A stretch of DNA of 64,000 bases from assembly GCF_009914755.1 (NCBI RefSeq), contig NC_060942.1; one strand, written 5' to 3'. The stretch comes from the human T2T-CHM13v2.0 reference genome, Homo sapiens. The translations under genes were made by a program, and so were the position numbers. Below are positions 1 to 20,739 of this stretch, in pieces. The notes beneath the pieces are model-generated. The model had not been told where the DNA came from, made no database searches, and saw only the letters and a program-made list of their open reading frames with translations. The number at the start of each line of letters is the position of its first letter. The first letter of the stretch is position 1.

Positions 1-293
1 TATTATTTGAGACAGGGTCCTACTCTGTCACCCAGACTGGAGTGCAGTGGCATGATCACGGCTCACTTGCAGCCTTGACCTCCCAGGCTCAGGTGGATCC
101 TCCCATCTCAGCCCCCTGGATAGCTGGGACTACAAGCATGCACCACCACACCCAGCTGATTTTTTTATTTTTTGAAGTGACTGGGTTTCGCCTTGTTGCC
201 CAGGTTGGTCTCGAACTACTGGACTCAAGCCATCTGCCTGCCTTGGCCTCCCAAAGTGCTGGGATTACAGGTGTGAACCACCCACGCCCAGCC
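1..293 (-). mobile_element. Alu (AluJ-like)
   Basis: Antisense Alu consensus motifs. Confidence 0.93.
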
Positions 294-694
294 TGCTATC
301 TTTAAAAAAGTAATTTTTTTTTTCAGCCACCAAACATTTCTGTAGTTCAAGTGCAGTATTTTTTCTTGTATTCTTCATTGGCAAGTTATTCCTTTATTCT
401 GGGTTTATTTTCCCTTTTTCCTGAAGCACAGTCATTAGTTGTTTTTCCAGTGAGTGTTTTAGTCTCTATATGAAAACATTTTTTTCACTATCATTCATGA
501 TTTTTTTTGAGCTTTTTGTTTTTATTTTTTTCATGGTTGCTCTAGGGATTACAGTATCTACCTACTTAGCCTTTTACAATCTACTTGGAGTTAATGTACT
601 ATTTCATGTTCTGTAACTACACTTTATGTAGTTCCTGTGTATTTTATCTACATATATTGAAAACCCCATCAATGTTATAGTTTTTAATTTTAAA

Positions 695-1565
695 AAATTT
701 TAATTGAAATATAAATCACATACCATAAAAATCACCCATTAAAATGTTCAATTCAGTGGTTTGGTATACCCACAGAGTTGTACAACCATCACTGTAGTCT
801 AGGTTTACAACATTTTCATCACTTTCCTTCCCCATATACCCTCTGCAGTCCTAGGCACCTTAAATCTACTTTCTCTCTTTGTAGATTTGCCTATTCTGGG
901 AGTTTTCATATAAATGGAATCGTTTAATATATGATCTTTTGTTACTTCTTTCACTTGGCATAATGTTTTCAGTTATCTGTGTTACAGCATATATCAATAT
1001 TTTATTTCTTTTTATTGGATAATTTTTTATTGCATAAGTATACCATATTTTAGGTATTTATTAGCTGACATTCAAGTTGTCACTTTTTTGCTATTATGAA
1101 CAATGCTGCTATGAACATTTGTATACAGGTTTTTGTGTGGATGTATGTTTTCATTTTTCTTGGATTATACCTAGGAGTGGAATTGTTGGGCCATATGCCA
1201 ATTCTACATTTTACCTTTTGAAAGACTGCCTGTTTTCCAAAGCAGCTACACCATTTCACATTCCCACCAGCAGTATGTGAGGGTCCCAGTATCTCCACCT
1301 CCTCACTAGCACTTGTTATAGCTTTTTGATTTTTGCCATCTCGTGGTTTTGGTTTGCATTTCCTTGACTGCTGATGATGTTGAGCATCCTTTCATGTTTA
1401 TTGGCAATTTGTATATCTTCTTTGGAGAACTGTCTATTTAGATCCTTTGCCCATCTTTAATTGGGATATTTGTCTTTTTATTATGGAGCTGTGAGAGTTC
1501 TTTATATATCTTAGATATAAGTCCTTTACCAGACATATGATTTGCAAAAATTTTCTATTCTTTAG
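695..1565 (-). mobile_element. L1M (L1MB-like) 3' end
   Basis: Antisense L1 3' UTR/ORF2 end; ORF 1080..1298(-) has L1 ORF2-like TCIQMFIAALFIIAKK. Confidence 0.85.
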
Positions 1566-1639
1566 GTCCCATAATATTTTAAAGTGATGAGAATTTTTGA
1601 AATCAGTTTTTTAATTGCATGCTCTTTCCCTTTACCTAA

Positions 1640-1735
<96 letters not shown>

Positions 1736-1982
1736 TAAAAAGTAAAACCAAAACTCATTTGACTTTTATTCCAATGAGTTGTTAGTCAACCTCCTCTCGT
1801 GACTCACTGTATCACCTTAAGATAATCAGATACGTCTTAAAACCTACATGTATTTATGCAGAAAATTAAGAAATAAAAATGCTTATTCTTCTAACTTTAT
1901 GGTATTTTTTAAAGGGTAATACTTTCTGACTTTAAAGGCCTTTACTGAAAAATATTAATATAGTTTTTAAAAGAATGCAGTG

Positions 1983-2280
1983 GGCAGGCGCAGTGGCTCA
2001 TGCCTGTAATCCCAACACTCTGGGAGGTCGAAGAGAGAGAATCACTTGAAGCCAGGAATTCGAGACCAGCCTGGGCAATATAGCAAGGCCCTGTCTCTAT
2101 AGGAAATTTTAAAGTTAGCTGGGCATGGCAGTGCATACCTGTAGTCCTAGCTACTTGGGAGGCTGAGGTTGGGAGGATACCTTGAACCCAGGAATTCGAG
2201 GCTGCAGTGAGGTATGATCACACCACTGCACATCCAGCCTAGGCAACCAGAGCAAGACCCTGTCTCATAAATTAAAATAA
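1983..2280 (+). mobile_element. Alu (AluJ-like)
   Basis: Alu consensus motifs. Confidence 0.93.
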
Positions 2281-2886
2281 TGCAAAATGCTGCATATCTT
2301 ATATAATTTTATCATTCATTAAAATAATTCATCATGTCTTCATTACCTTTAAAATAATGTACCATAAAATTCATTTTCCAAGTTGACTATTTTTAAAAGT
2401 TAAAATTCATAGTGGAAATAGTTTTTTGTCTTGTATTTAGCTTCTGTGTAGTTTCAGAAGTTCTCTTTCACTTGGTAGCATGTTAATAACAAAGTATTTA
2501 ACATACGCTGAGTAATATATGCCTATCAAGAAATTTAATTTAATTTTTGAAAGTGTTCTTAGTGTACATTGATGTTCATTACTATAAGGCAAATTGGAAA
2601 ATAAAGGCAGGAAAAGTTCAGGGGTGTTTAGTGATAAATAATTCTCCCTTTCCTTGGCAGCAGTCCTTCTTTTCCTAGGCTTGATTATATTGAAGCTAAA
2701 ATGTTTTATAAGCAGTAAAACCTAAATCCTTACCTGTTCGTAAAGTATAAAAGCAAATAAAGCTTAATGCTTAAAAGTTGTAAAATGTATGTTATGTATA
2801 TTTTACCAAAATGTTTTGTAAAAATTAAATATAAGACCATAAAGGAATAATTGTTAAAATTTTTGATTTTTAAAATATTTATTTAG

Positions 2887-3045
<159 letters not shown>

Positions 3046-3221
3046 TGAAGTTTGTAGTTGTACCATTGCACTGATTAGCTCAAGTGACCTCTTCACCATA
3101 AAGCAGGTTTTTTCCTGCTCTGTTAACTTTATGTTCCTCTTAGGAAAGCTCAGTTTCAGTGCGTCAGAAAAAAAGTCTTTAACCAAACTAATTTCATTTC
3201 AGAAAAGATTCATATGGCTTC

Positions 3222-3425
3222 CAGGGATTTGCAAATGACAGCCAGCTACCAGTTTTGTAAATAAAGTTCTACCAGAGCACAGCCTTATTCATTTCTTTAT
3301 GTATTGCCCATCGCTGTTTGTTCCATACAGCTGCAGAGTTGAGTAGTTGATGCAGAGACCTTATAGCCCCACAAGCCTAAAATAGTTATTTTCTGACCCT
3401 TTAAGAAAAAGTTTGCTGATCCCTG
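3222..3425. mobile_element. MER58A-like hAT-Charlie MITE
   Basis: TIR-like ends caggg..tgcaaa / tttgctgatccctg; internal ttgtaaataaagtt...gcagagttgagtagttg. Confidence 0.8.
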
Positions 3426-4439
3426 GTGTAGACAATTTTTTATAAGTGGTATAACAGTAAGTCTTGAGTCCTGTGTTAGAATTAACGTTTTCTAAAGAAA
3501 TTTGATAAGGAAAGAAAGGAGAAATCTACCGAGAAGTCTTAGTATAGTTTTACAGGTTAACATTCAGAATGATAGTGTATATGCTGAGTTAATCTGCTGT
3601 ATTCCACCTCTACTGATAAGGCAATTTGGCCAAATTAGTGGTCTACAGCCCTTTGTAGTGAGAAACTATTAATTCTTTACCCAAAGTCTTGATTTTCCGG
3701 AAGAGATGAGAACAATAGGAGGATTTTGGTTAGCAGTACCTTAGCAACATTCCTAACTGTAGAGGCACATGACATGAGAACAGCTAGACTATGAACAGTT
3801 GTCATTTATCATCCTTATGTATTGAAGAGCGAGGGCCTGCCACATGGGGAAGCAGTGCTAAAAGCAGAGACATTCCCCAGTGATCATTTGTTAGAAGCCG
3901 AATACATTGAGGCTGGGTGTGCATTCCTTATCTTCTGCTGAATTTTCTATAGTCTACCTGCTCAGAGCAAAAAATAAAATAGTCTTGCCCTGGCTTCTTT
4001 TGAATCTACTTATCTACTGCTGCCTTAAATGCAGTAAATCAAAGAAAACTTTAGTAGTCTTTGCCTTATTTGTTCTTCAATGACAAATAGCAAACCATAT
4101 GATGAAGCAGATGGTTACCTGGGTAGAGAAGCCAATACCTATTAAAAGAAAAAACCTTCACAGTAGTTTATTGCCATTTTATGGCTTGTATGACACTAAA
4201 TAACTCTTCTTAAGAGGATACTTTGCTTTTAAGATTATTTTGTTCCTGATACTAGCCTCTGATCATGTTTTTCTCATTTTTGTAGAAAAGAGAAAATCTA
4301 AAGTATGACCACTTTAAATCTATTCAGAAGACAATAGTTTCTCAAATTTATTTGATGCAAGTATCATGTGAAAGAGAAATTAGCACTTGGACTAATGAGG
4401 GGAAATTATAGAGATAATTTTGGCTAATAAAGTGCTATG

Positions 4440-4890
4440 GATAGTATTGCTACATAATGAATGAATCACTTGAATAACTCAGAGGATTCAAACAATACCA
4501 TTTTCTTATCTTCATAGTTCCTGTGGCTCAGGAATTCAGGAAAGGCTTGGCTGGTCAGTTCTGTTTCAGGGTCTCATGCAGTTGTAGGCAGATGGTGGCT
4601 GGAACTGAAACAGCAGAGGGCTGGGCAGCTGGAGAGTGAATTGGCATCTCCTCATTTACTCTCAGGGCTTATTCACTTAGGCTCATTTGAGCTTCCTCTT
4701 CACATGGAGGATAAGTTCCCAGAGTTGGCACCCCAACAGAACAAAGCAGAAGCAGGTGACATTTTTATGACCTCAGAGGTAACATAGTGTCACAAAGATC
4801 TGCACAGGCATAAAGCGAAATGAACAGGCCCTCAGTGACACTCAGTGGGAGGAGTGTTGACATCATGTTGTAAGAACCGCACATGGAATA
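4440..4890. mobile_element. MLT1-type MaLR LTR remnant
   Basis: catagttcctgtggctcaggaattcaggaaaggcttggctgg...tctcatgcagttg is typical of MLT1. Confidence 0.65.
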
Positions 4891-5726
4891 GGAGACATTA
4901 GTGAGGTTATATTAAAAAAAAAAAAAATTACCCCATAAGGTAAAACTTTTCCAGCACTTAGAATTGGTTTAAAATGAAATATACCAATAAAAATTCCATA
5001 TTACTGCCAGTATTTCAATTCAGAAAATTTTCATGCACCTACTCTGTTAGATTTTCTAGGTGCTGTGACAGAAAGATCAACAAGGATATACTCTCTGTCT
5101 TCAGGTATTTCGCAATCACAAATCAAACAAAAATAAATCATCAATTTAACATTTTGCTTTACAAACAGCATACACAGAATGTTCCGAGGATGCCTAGCAC
5201 AATGCCTGGTGCATAGAAGTTGTATTTTATTTACATATTTGACCTTCAGCATGCAGAATAAATGTTTAATTATCAATAAATATCAAGCAAAAATTTTGTA
5301 GTAGGAAGTATTTTAGGAACTAGAGATAATGAATAAACAGAACAAAAGTACTTACCTTATGGAACGTACATTCTAATGAGAGAAATAAGCAATTGTATAT
5401 ATAATAGATGATGGTAAGTCCAGGAGAAAGGTAAAGCAAGGTAAGAGTGAGAGAGTGCTGTGCGTTGGGAGAGGTGGTACTTATATAGAATAATCTTAGG
5501 CCTCTTTTCTGTCATATTTGTTAGCCAACTGGATTTAAACTCTAGTGTTTTTTAAATGTGATTATATAATGGGAAATGTGGTTAGATCTGTGAAGATGAA
5601 TTTTTCATTTTCCGTGTCAAATATGGCATTGAATTCCTAATTTCTAGTAATACTAAACTACCAGATGCTAATGAAGATGAAAGAAAATACTTTTTTGCTA
5701 CTTCATTACAAAAAGTAAGCATGAAA

Positions 5727-6022
5727 GGTCGAGCACAGTGACTCGCACCTGTAATCCCAGTATTTTGGGAGGCCTAGGTGGGCGGATCACTTGAGGTCAG
5801 GAGTTTGAGACCAGCCTGGCCAACACGGTGAAACCCCATCTCTACTAAAAATACAAACATTAGCCGGGTATGGTGGCGCACACCTCTAATTCCAGCTACT
5901 TGGGAGGCTGAAGCAGAAGGATTGCTTGAACCCAGGAGGCGAGGTTGCAGTGAGCCAATATCGCCTCACTGCACTCCAGCCCGGGTGACAGAGCAAGACT
6001 CCGTCTCAAAAAAAAAAAAAAA
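5727..6022 (+). mobile_element. Alu (AluS-like)
   Basis: Alu consensus, poly(A) tail. Confidence 0.95.
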
Positions 6023-6129
6023 GCATGAGTAAAGAACATTTAAAGCCATAACATAAAGCCTTTGTAAATGTACAGTAACTACCCAGAGTTGGGAGTTTAT
6101 TCTTACCTCATACACAGATTACAAGAATT

Positions 6130-6560
6130 AAACCTCATTATAAGAATCATGATTTAAGAAGTGTCTTTAAACACTTCATTACATACGTTACAGTTTGCTA
6201 CTCACTGAGAGTAACTGAATTAACACTCAGCCTTACAGCTTGCAACTAATATTCTTAGAATCATGTTAGCATGTGTCCACAAACACTTCACTACATGCAT
6301 TACATCTGTTCACCAAAAGAACACTCTTCACAGCTAGGCCTGCAGCCCTCATCATAATAATCATGCCTTTAAACACTTTATTACATACATTATAGTTTGT
6401 TACTCACTTATATTCACTGAATTTAACACTCTTAACAAGACAGCTTGCAAGTAACATTCTTAGAACTATCTTTTACATACGTGTCTACAAGCCTTTCACT
6501 ACCTATATTACATCTATTCACTGAAAGAATACTCTGCAAAGTAAGGCCTGTAATCCACAT
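6130..6560. repeat. Diverged tandem duplication (~200-bp unit with ~100-bp sub-periodicity)
   Basis: ctttaaacactt.attacatac.tta.agtttg.tactcact recurs at ~6165 and ~6367; acagcttgcaa.taa.attcttagaa at ~6236 and ~6440. Confidence 0.8.
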
Positions 6561-6564
6561 TTTT

Positions 6565-6705
6565 TTAAAACATTTTTTAAACTATCAAATTTTTATTTTA
6601 GGTTTGTGGGTACATAAGAAGGTTTGTAACATAGATAAACACGTGTCATGGGAATTTGTTGCACATATTATTACATTACACAGTTACTAAGCTCAGTACC
6701 CAATA
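6565..6705 (-). mobile_element. Short 5'-truncated L1 3' end (L1PA/PB-like)
   Basis: Antisense L1 3' UTR motifs; TSD taatcca(c/t)atttt at 6551-6563 and 6708-6720. Confidence 0.75.
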
Positions 6706-6776
6706 TATAATCCATATTTTAACAACCGTATTTTAAGAAGTGTCTTTAAGGACTGCATTCTGTTATTGTGTGGTAG

Positions 6777-7049
<273 letters not shown>

Positions 7050-7399
7050 TAAGTTATCAAGCTAATTAACAAAGGCTTGATGACATATCAACAATTGAAG
7101 TTTCATATTTCTTGTATAAATTTTTTCAGGTTTTTAAAATTTTGAGATAATTTTACACTGATAAGAGTTCCAGAAAATTTTTCAGCATTCTCCTGTACCT
7201 TTGACCCAACCTCTCCTTATGTTAATGTGTTATATAGCTATAAAATATTTATTAGAACTAAGAAACTAAGATTAGTTTGGTATTACAAATTTCTTTCTAA
7301 ATACGCATAAAATTGATAAAATTTTTGAGAAATGTCTATTAATTATTAAATTAATTGTAATAGAGTAGAAGGAGAAAGTTTTGTACAACATTCAGATCC

Positions 7400-7680
7400 A
7401 GCCAGGCACAGTGGTTCACACCTGTAATCCCAGCACTTTGGAAGGCCAAGGCAGACAGATTGCTTGAGCTCAGGAGAGTTCAAGACCAGCCTGGGCAATG
7501 TGATAAAACCTCATTTCTACAAAAATTAGCTCGGCATGATGGCACATACCTGTAGTCCCAGCTACTTGGGGGCTGGAGCGAGAAGATCGCTTGAACACCC
7601 AGGAGGTCGTGGCTGCATCAGTGAACCGCTGACTGTACTTCAGCCTGGGCGACAGAGTGAGACCCTGTCTCAAAAAAATA
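7400..7680 (+). mobile_element. Alu (AluJ-like)
   Basis: Alu consensus motifs. Confidence 0.93.
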
Positions 7681-8269
7681 ATAATTAATTAATTAAATTC
7701 AAAAAAGGAAAATTCAGATCTGTTTTCTGCTGTGAATGCTTTATCTTACCAGACAAAATACCTAATGTAACTATGTGTATTAGTCTTAATATCTCTTTCA
7801 TTAGAAGCAGTAACTTTATAATGTAGGATAGCAATCAGAAAAAGAATACTCTAATTGAAAATCTAAGTAGATAATCTGGATTGAAAATTGTAATTTTTGT
7901 TAAATCTCTCATTTTTCTCCTTGTTTTATTAAATTGGTCCGAATTTTTAATCTAGTGCAAAGATTGTTTTATGCTGGTTTAAATGAACATACCTTCTACT
8001 GTGGCACAATCTTGATTATGCTCATGTTTCCATCAGGTTTTTGAAACAACAGCCCTTAACTCAAAAGTGAGTGAGACCCAAACCAAAGATAGAGGACAGT
8101 AGGCTTTTGCTTGCTTAGTCCATGGCAAAAACTCCATCAAGTAAATTTTGAAATAAAAATTCACAGCTGTTCGGTATCCTTTTTCCCCCCAAGAAGGACC
8201 TTTTGCAAATAGGTTTCATTTCAAAGAAAAAGACTATTTTTCGCAAAGGTGTACTTATTCTGTTCCTTC

Positions 8270-8850
8270 TTTTAAGTTACATTTGACACTGACTATCCCA
8301 GAATTTCTTCTCACTTAGCTTTTCTGACGATGCTGCCTCGTTCTTTTCATTTGTCACAGCTTGTTTCCTAGAATATCCCCAAGACTCTTTCTTCCTCACA
8401 ACTTTTCTCTCACAACTTTTATCAGCCTTACCTCTGAAAATGATTCCAAATCTGCATCTCTAGGTTTGATTTCTCTGATGAATCCCAGTCTTGCATTTCT
8501 GAGTACTGTGAGATACTTTTGCGTCTCTTCAGCTTAAACGTAATGTCTAAGCCAATTTCCATTTACTTCCAACCAAATAATCTTCAAACGTTTTTATTTT
8601 TCCCAGTCACCCAGGCATATAATTTAGGATTTGTTACATATTTATTTTATTTTCTCAACCCAGTTACTACCTTGTATGTGCTTTCTCACATAACCCTTAG
8701 CTGTCTACCTGCTTAATGTTTAACTCTCTGCTTGCTTAATGTCTATTTTCTTCACTGTAATGTAAACTCCATGAAGACAGGAGACCTGCTCTCTCGTTAC
8801 ACATTGTATGTCTGGAACTTAGCACAATGCTCAGTAAATTTTGATTCTTT
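8270..8850 (+). mobile_element. L2 remnant
   Basis: 3'-end motif tgtaaactccatgaagacagg...cttagcacaatgctcagtaaat. Confidence 0.6.
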
Positions 8851-9087
8851 GAATAGATGCTAGCGTTTAGCTATTTGAGTCTAGACATCTTAGGAGTCAA
8901 GTCCCAAGTTCTGAGCTCTAGGTTTTAATCTTTGTCACCAATTTTCTGATAAAATCTTTAATCTGTTTATTCCCTAGTTATAACTTACCTTAAAGATGCA
9001 TTGTAAAAATCAACAGGATTGGTGACAATGTAAATTAGTATAGCCATTTTAGAAAATGATATGAAGATTCCTCAGAAAACTAAAAAT

Positions 9088-9357
<270 letters not shown>

Positions 9358-9825
9358 TGGAACTGTCATAGATCCAGCAGTCCCACTACTGGGTGTATAT
9401 CCAAAGGAAAGGAAATCAGTATGTTAAAGAGGTATCTGCACTCACGTTTATTGCAGCACTGTTCAGAATAGCCAAGATACGGAATCAGCCTAAGTGTCTA
9501 CTTACAGATAAAGAAAATGATATATAGCTAGATAGGTGTATATATATATATACACACACACACACATATACATAGACACACAAAAATACTATTTAACCAC
9601 TAAAAAGAACAAAATTCTGTCATTTGTGCAAACATCGATGAGCTTGGAGAACATCATATTAAGTGAAATAAGCCAGGCACAGAAAGATAAATACCACATG
9701 TTCTTATTCATATGTGGAATCTAAAAAAGTTGATCTCATAGAAGTAGAGAGTAGAATAGCAGTTACTAGAGGTGGGGAAGGCTGGGATAGCCAAAGGTGG
9801 GTTAATTGGTATAAAAATATAGCTA

Positions 9826-10129
9826 GCCAAGCAAGGTGGCAGGCACCCATAGTCCCAGCTACCCAAGAGGCTGAGGCAGGAGGATAGCTTGAGCCTTGGA
9901 GTTCTTGGAGTAGTGCTGTATTGGAGTTCTGAGGTATGATCCATATTAAGTTTGGCATCAATATGGTGACCTCTTAGAAGCAGGAGACCACTAAGTTGCT
10001 CAAGGAGCAGTGAACTGGCCCACTTCAAAAATGGAGCAGGTCAAAACTTGCATGCTGATCAGTAGTGGTGCGGTGCCTATGAATTGCCCCTGCCCTCCAG
10101 CCTGGGCAACATAGCAACACCTGATCTCT
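9826..10129 (+). pseudogene. 7SL (SRP) RNA retropseudogene, full length, diverged
   Basis: Contains the S-domain absent from Alus (taagtttggcatcaatatggtgacctc...ggagcaggtcaaaact...tgctgatcagtagtgg) between Alu-domain ends; A-rich tail. Confidence 0.93.
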
Positions 10130-10147
10130 AAGAAAAATAAATAAGGG

Positions 10148-10451
<304 letters not shown>

Positions 10452-10575
10452 AGCTAAATAGAAGGAATAAATTGTAGTGTTCAATAGCACTATATGGTGA
10501 CTATAATTAACAACAATATATGTTCTCAGATAGCTAAAAGCACAGATTTTGAATGTTCCCAACACAAAGAAATGA

Positions 10576-10979
<404 letters not shown>

Positions 10980-11171
10980 AAAATTAATATTGAAAGCTGT
11001 CTTTTGTTGTTCTTTCTTGTCAAATGATAATAGTGGGCATCTGAGTATTTCTTTTATACTCTAAAATACTTCCTGAGATAATGACTTTTAGCTGTCTAGT
11101 AATTTTGAGTTGAATGAAACAGCACCCTCCTCATTATGCAGATGCAAAAGAAAGAAAAAAGTAGTTGCAGA

Positions 11172-11468
<297 letters not shown>

Positions 11469-11589
11469 AGTTACAAAGTTGCAGAAAATTTAAATGAGTT
11501 GCTCAGAGGCCTGGAGCATGAAACCCAATAAAAATGGAAGTTTGAGTGCGTGTCATTTTCTTCCAAGCTAGTTAATTATTTCTCATTAA

Positions 11590-11700
<111 letters not shown>

Positions 11701-11747
11701 TAAGTTGGTTTTTATTTATACCAGCAATGTGACTGGAAGTACAATAG

Positions 11748-12068
<321 letters not shown>

Positions 12069-12171
12069 AGTCGAGCTGTCTTTGTCAGAGTATCTCTAAA
12101 CTGTTAAATTGCTACTTTGGTTAAATTAAAATTATTTACTTTATGGTCATAAAAAAGAGACTCAAGCATAA

Positions 12172-12675
<504 letters not shown>

Positions 12676-12689
12676 TAAGACTTTAGGTA

Positions 12690-12987
<298 letters not shown>

Positions 12988-13044
12988 TTAGGTAGTAAGA
13001 CTTAGGTTTATTATGCTTCAGAATTATTTTATAAGGATTTTTGA

Positions 13045-13379
<335 letters not shown>

Positions 13380-14002
13380 CTAAGCATCTTGATTTAACCA
13401 TAATGCGACCTTCTGCCTTTCACAAGGACTGCAAATTCTGTTACTTATAGTCACCTACTATTTGTTCTTAAAGCAAATTGAAGACATAGTAATTCATTCA
13501 AAAAAAATTGTTATTTTTTTCTTTAAGTTAAGATGTTGGTAAATTGAGTTACTCAGTAAAGTTACTCCTTTTATTTTTATTTCTGTTGAGAATTTTAGAA
13601 ATCTAACAGGCCAAGATTTTTTTTATTCCTCTGAAACTCTTAAAGAGCTGTCATTTTGTTTAATGCTTAATTCTTCTTTTTTAGTTACCAGTTTTCCAAA
13701 CAAATGGTACTCTAGCATTCCAAATGTGACTAGGTTGTTTTTTGTTTAGGTGTCATTATATACTCATCAATTTAAGTATATTTGATGTGTTGTAATCCAT
13801 TGCAGTCATTATCCTTAGAGATACCCAGATTGTCCCATCTTTGCCTAAAGGAAAAGGAAGCTTCTTTCATAGGTTTCTTGCTTCTGTTATCTGGAATCTG
13901 CCATTTTTCTTGGAGCCCTAGTTCCTTTTAGTGAGAAATGGTGTTTAGGCCACAGTCTGGCTGCTAGGGTTGCACTTTAGTCATTGTTTCTCAGCCTTTT
14001 AG

Positions 14003-14346
<344 letters not shown>

Positions 14347-15050
14347 ATATCACTTTGATTTTTTAAGGTAAACTATACTTCATACTGATCGCTCTAACTC
14401 AAATTCAGGACCACAGGATATTTATGTAAACTCCTCTATCTTACATCTTTATTTACTTTCCCACCTACTGAAAATCCCACTTCTCAGTGCCACCAACATA
14501 ATTCCTTAATTTATTTTATTCCACAATACACATAAAGCAGTTTCAGAATAATACCACCAATAATATAATTAATGAAAATTGTTTGAAAACTTTTTGTATG
14601 CTCTTTTGTCCTTAAAATATATTCTATTAGAAATGTACAGTAAAATCACTGCGTTTTTTTTTTAAAGTCATTTGGGATAATTATTTTTTGCAGTTATGCC
14701 ACCAACTCAGTACCTTATTTTGCTTTTGATTTTTTAGGAATTGGGTTTTTTTCTTTTCATATTTAATTCTTTTAAAAGTACATAAAGTATAATGTATTTT
14801 ATATATATATATATAAAATGTATATAATGGACACAAAGTATGTACATTGTACCAGACTACAAGTATATTCAGATAAATCTCACGTCTATTCTTGGCCTCT
14901 ATATCTTATAGCTCCCTATCCCTATAGGTAATCATTTGTTTAAAATTTATGATTTTTCTTCTATCCTAAAAAATAGAAGCAAATACATGTATATAGTCAT
15001 GCTATCCATGACTCATATAGAATATTATATATACTTTGCTCTACTTTGCT

Positions 15051-15333
<283 letters not shown>

Positions 15334-15600
15334 TGCTTTTTTTATTTAACTATAGATCCTGGAAATCACTCAAGTTGTATATAGCGATATTCCTCATTTC
15401 TTTTTAGCTCCATAGTACTTCATTATGTGACCCTACTGTAGTTTATACCCTAGCAGTGGACACTTGGGTTGTTGACAGTTATGCCTAGTGCACACAGTGC
15501 TGCAGTGAATAACCTTGCACATTCTCTTTTCATATTTTTGCCTGTAGATCATTGAGATAGATTCCTAGAAGTAGGACTGCAGAGTAACAACTGTCATTTT

Positions 15601-15882
15601 CCAGGTGGCTCATGCCTGTAATCCCAGCACTTCAAGAGGCTTTGGCGGAAGAATCGCTTGAGCCCAGGAGTTTGAGACCAGCCTGGGCAACACAGTGAGA
15701 CCTCGTCTCTACAAAAATTAAAAATTAGCTAGGTGTGATGGTGTGTGCCTATAGTCCCAACTACTCAGGAAGCTTTGAGAAGATCGCTTGAGCCCAGGAA
15801 GTCAAGGCTGCAGTAAGCTATGATCACACCACTGCACTCCAGCCTGGGCCAACAGAGTGAGACCCTGTCTCCAAAAAAAAAA
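15601..15882 (+). mobile_element. Alu (AluJ-like)
   Basis: Alu consensus motifs. Confidence 0.92.
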
Positions 15883-16485
15883 AGAACTGTCATTTTAAAT
15901 GTTTCATGTTAAAGGTTCACTAGTTTTTTAGAAAATATGTATGAGTAGTTTTATTTATTCTGAAGCAATTAGATAGCTGGAGAACAAGAGGTGAATGGAA
16001 GTGTGGGGATGGAGGCATGGAGATGCTAGAATTCTCAGAGTTACATTGTTGCTTTTTCCACTGAGAATACTAAGACTGCAAACCTGGGAAGATGGATTGT
16101 GTAGTATCAGGGACAAGAAGCTTGTTTAAGTGATGCTTTGAGGTCTACTACAGATGCCGTTCTGCTAGGAGATTCCCTACGTCACGATAAGACACTATAG
16201 AAGTGGAGTAGTTAATATTCAGAAGAAAGGATATGGCCAAAATGTGATCTGCATAATCTTAGGAGTCCATAAACTCTTTGAAAGAAAATATAGTTGTGGC
16301 AATATTTTTTGTGTGTACTTTTCTGGTTTCCCTTTTCTAATTCACAGATCACACCAGAGCTGAGGGTTCTTGAGTTGAAACAAAAAAGGACTTATACTTA
16401 GAGTGACTAAAACTTTTCTTTTTGAGGGAAAGTGCTTGCCAACTAGAGGGGCATGTATGTGATCTTTTTATTACACTTCTATTTA

Positions 16486-20492
<4,007 letters not shown>

Positions 20493-20739
20493 TAGGATGG
20501 CAAATGGCATACAAACAGATGAATCTGTTCTCTGGGCAGAAGAAGTTAGTCCTGAAATCTGGGTTCTTAGTACTGGAAAACAGGCAGTATTTTTTTTTAA
20601 TGTTATACAATGCCAATTTATGAGTTTCATAATACAGTATTCATTTTTAAATAGGTTATTATATTTTACCTCCTAACCTAATTGTTATTTTCAGCCAGTG
20701 AAAGGCAGAAATAAGAAGTAATAGTAATTGCCTTTCAGT

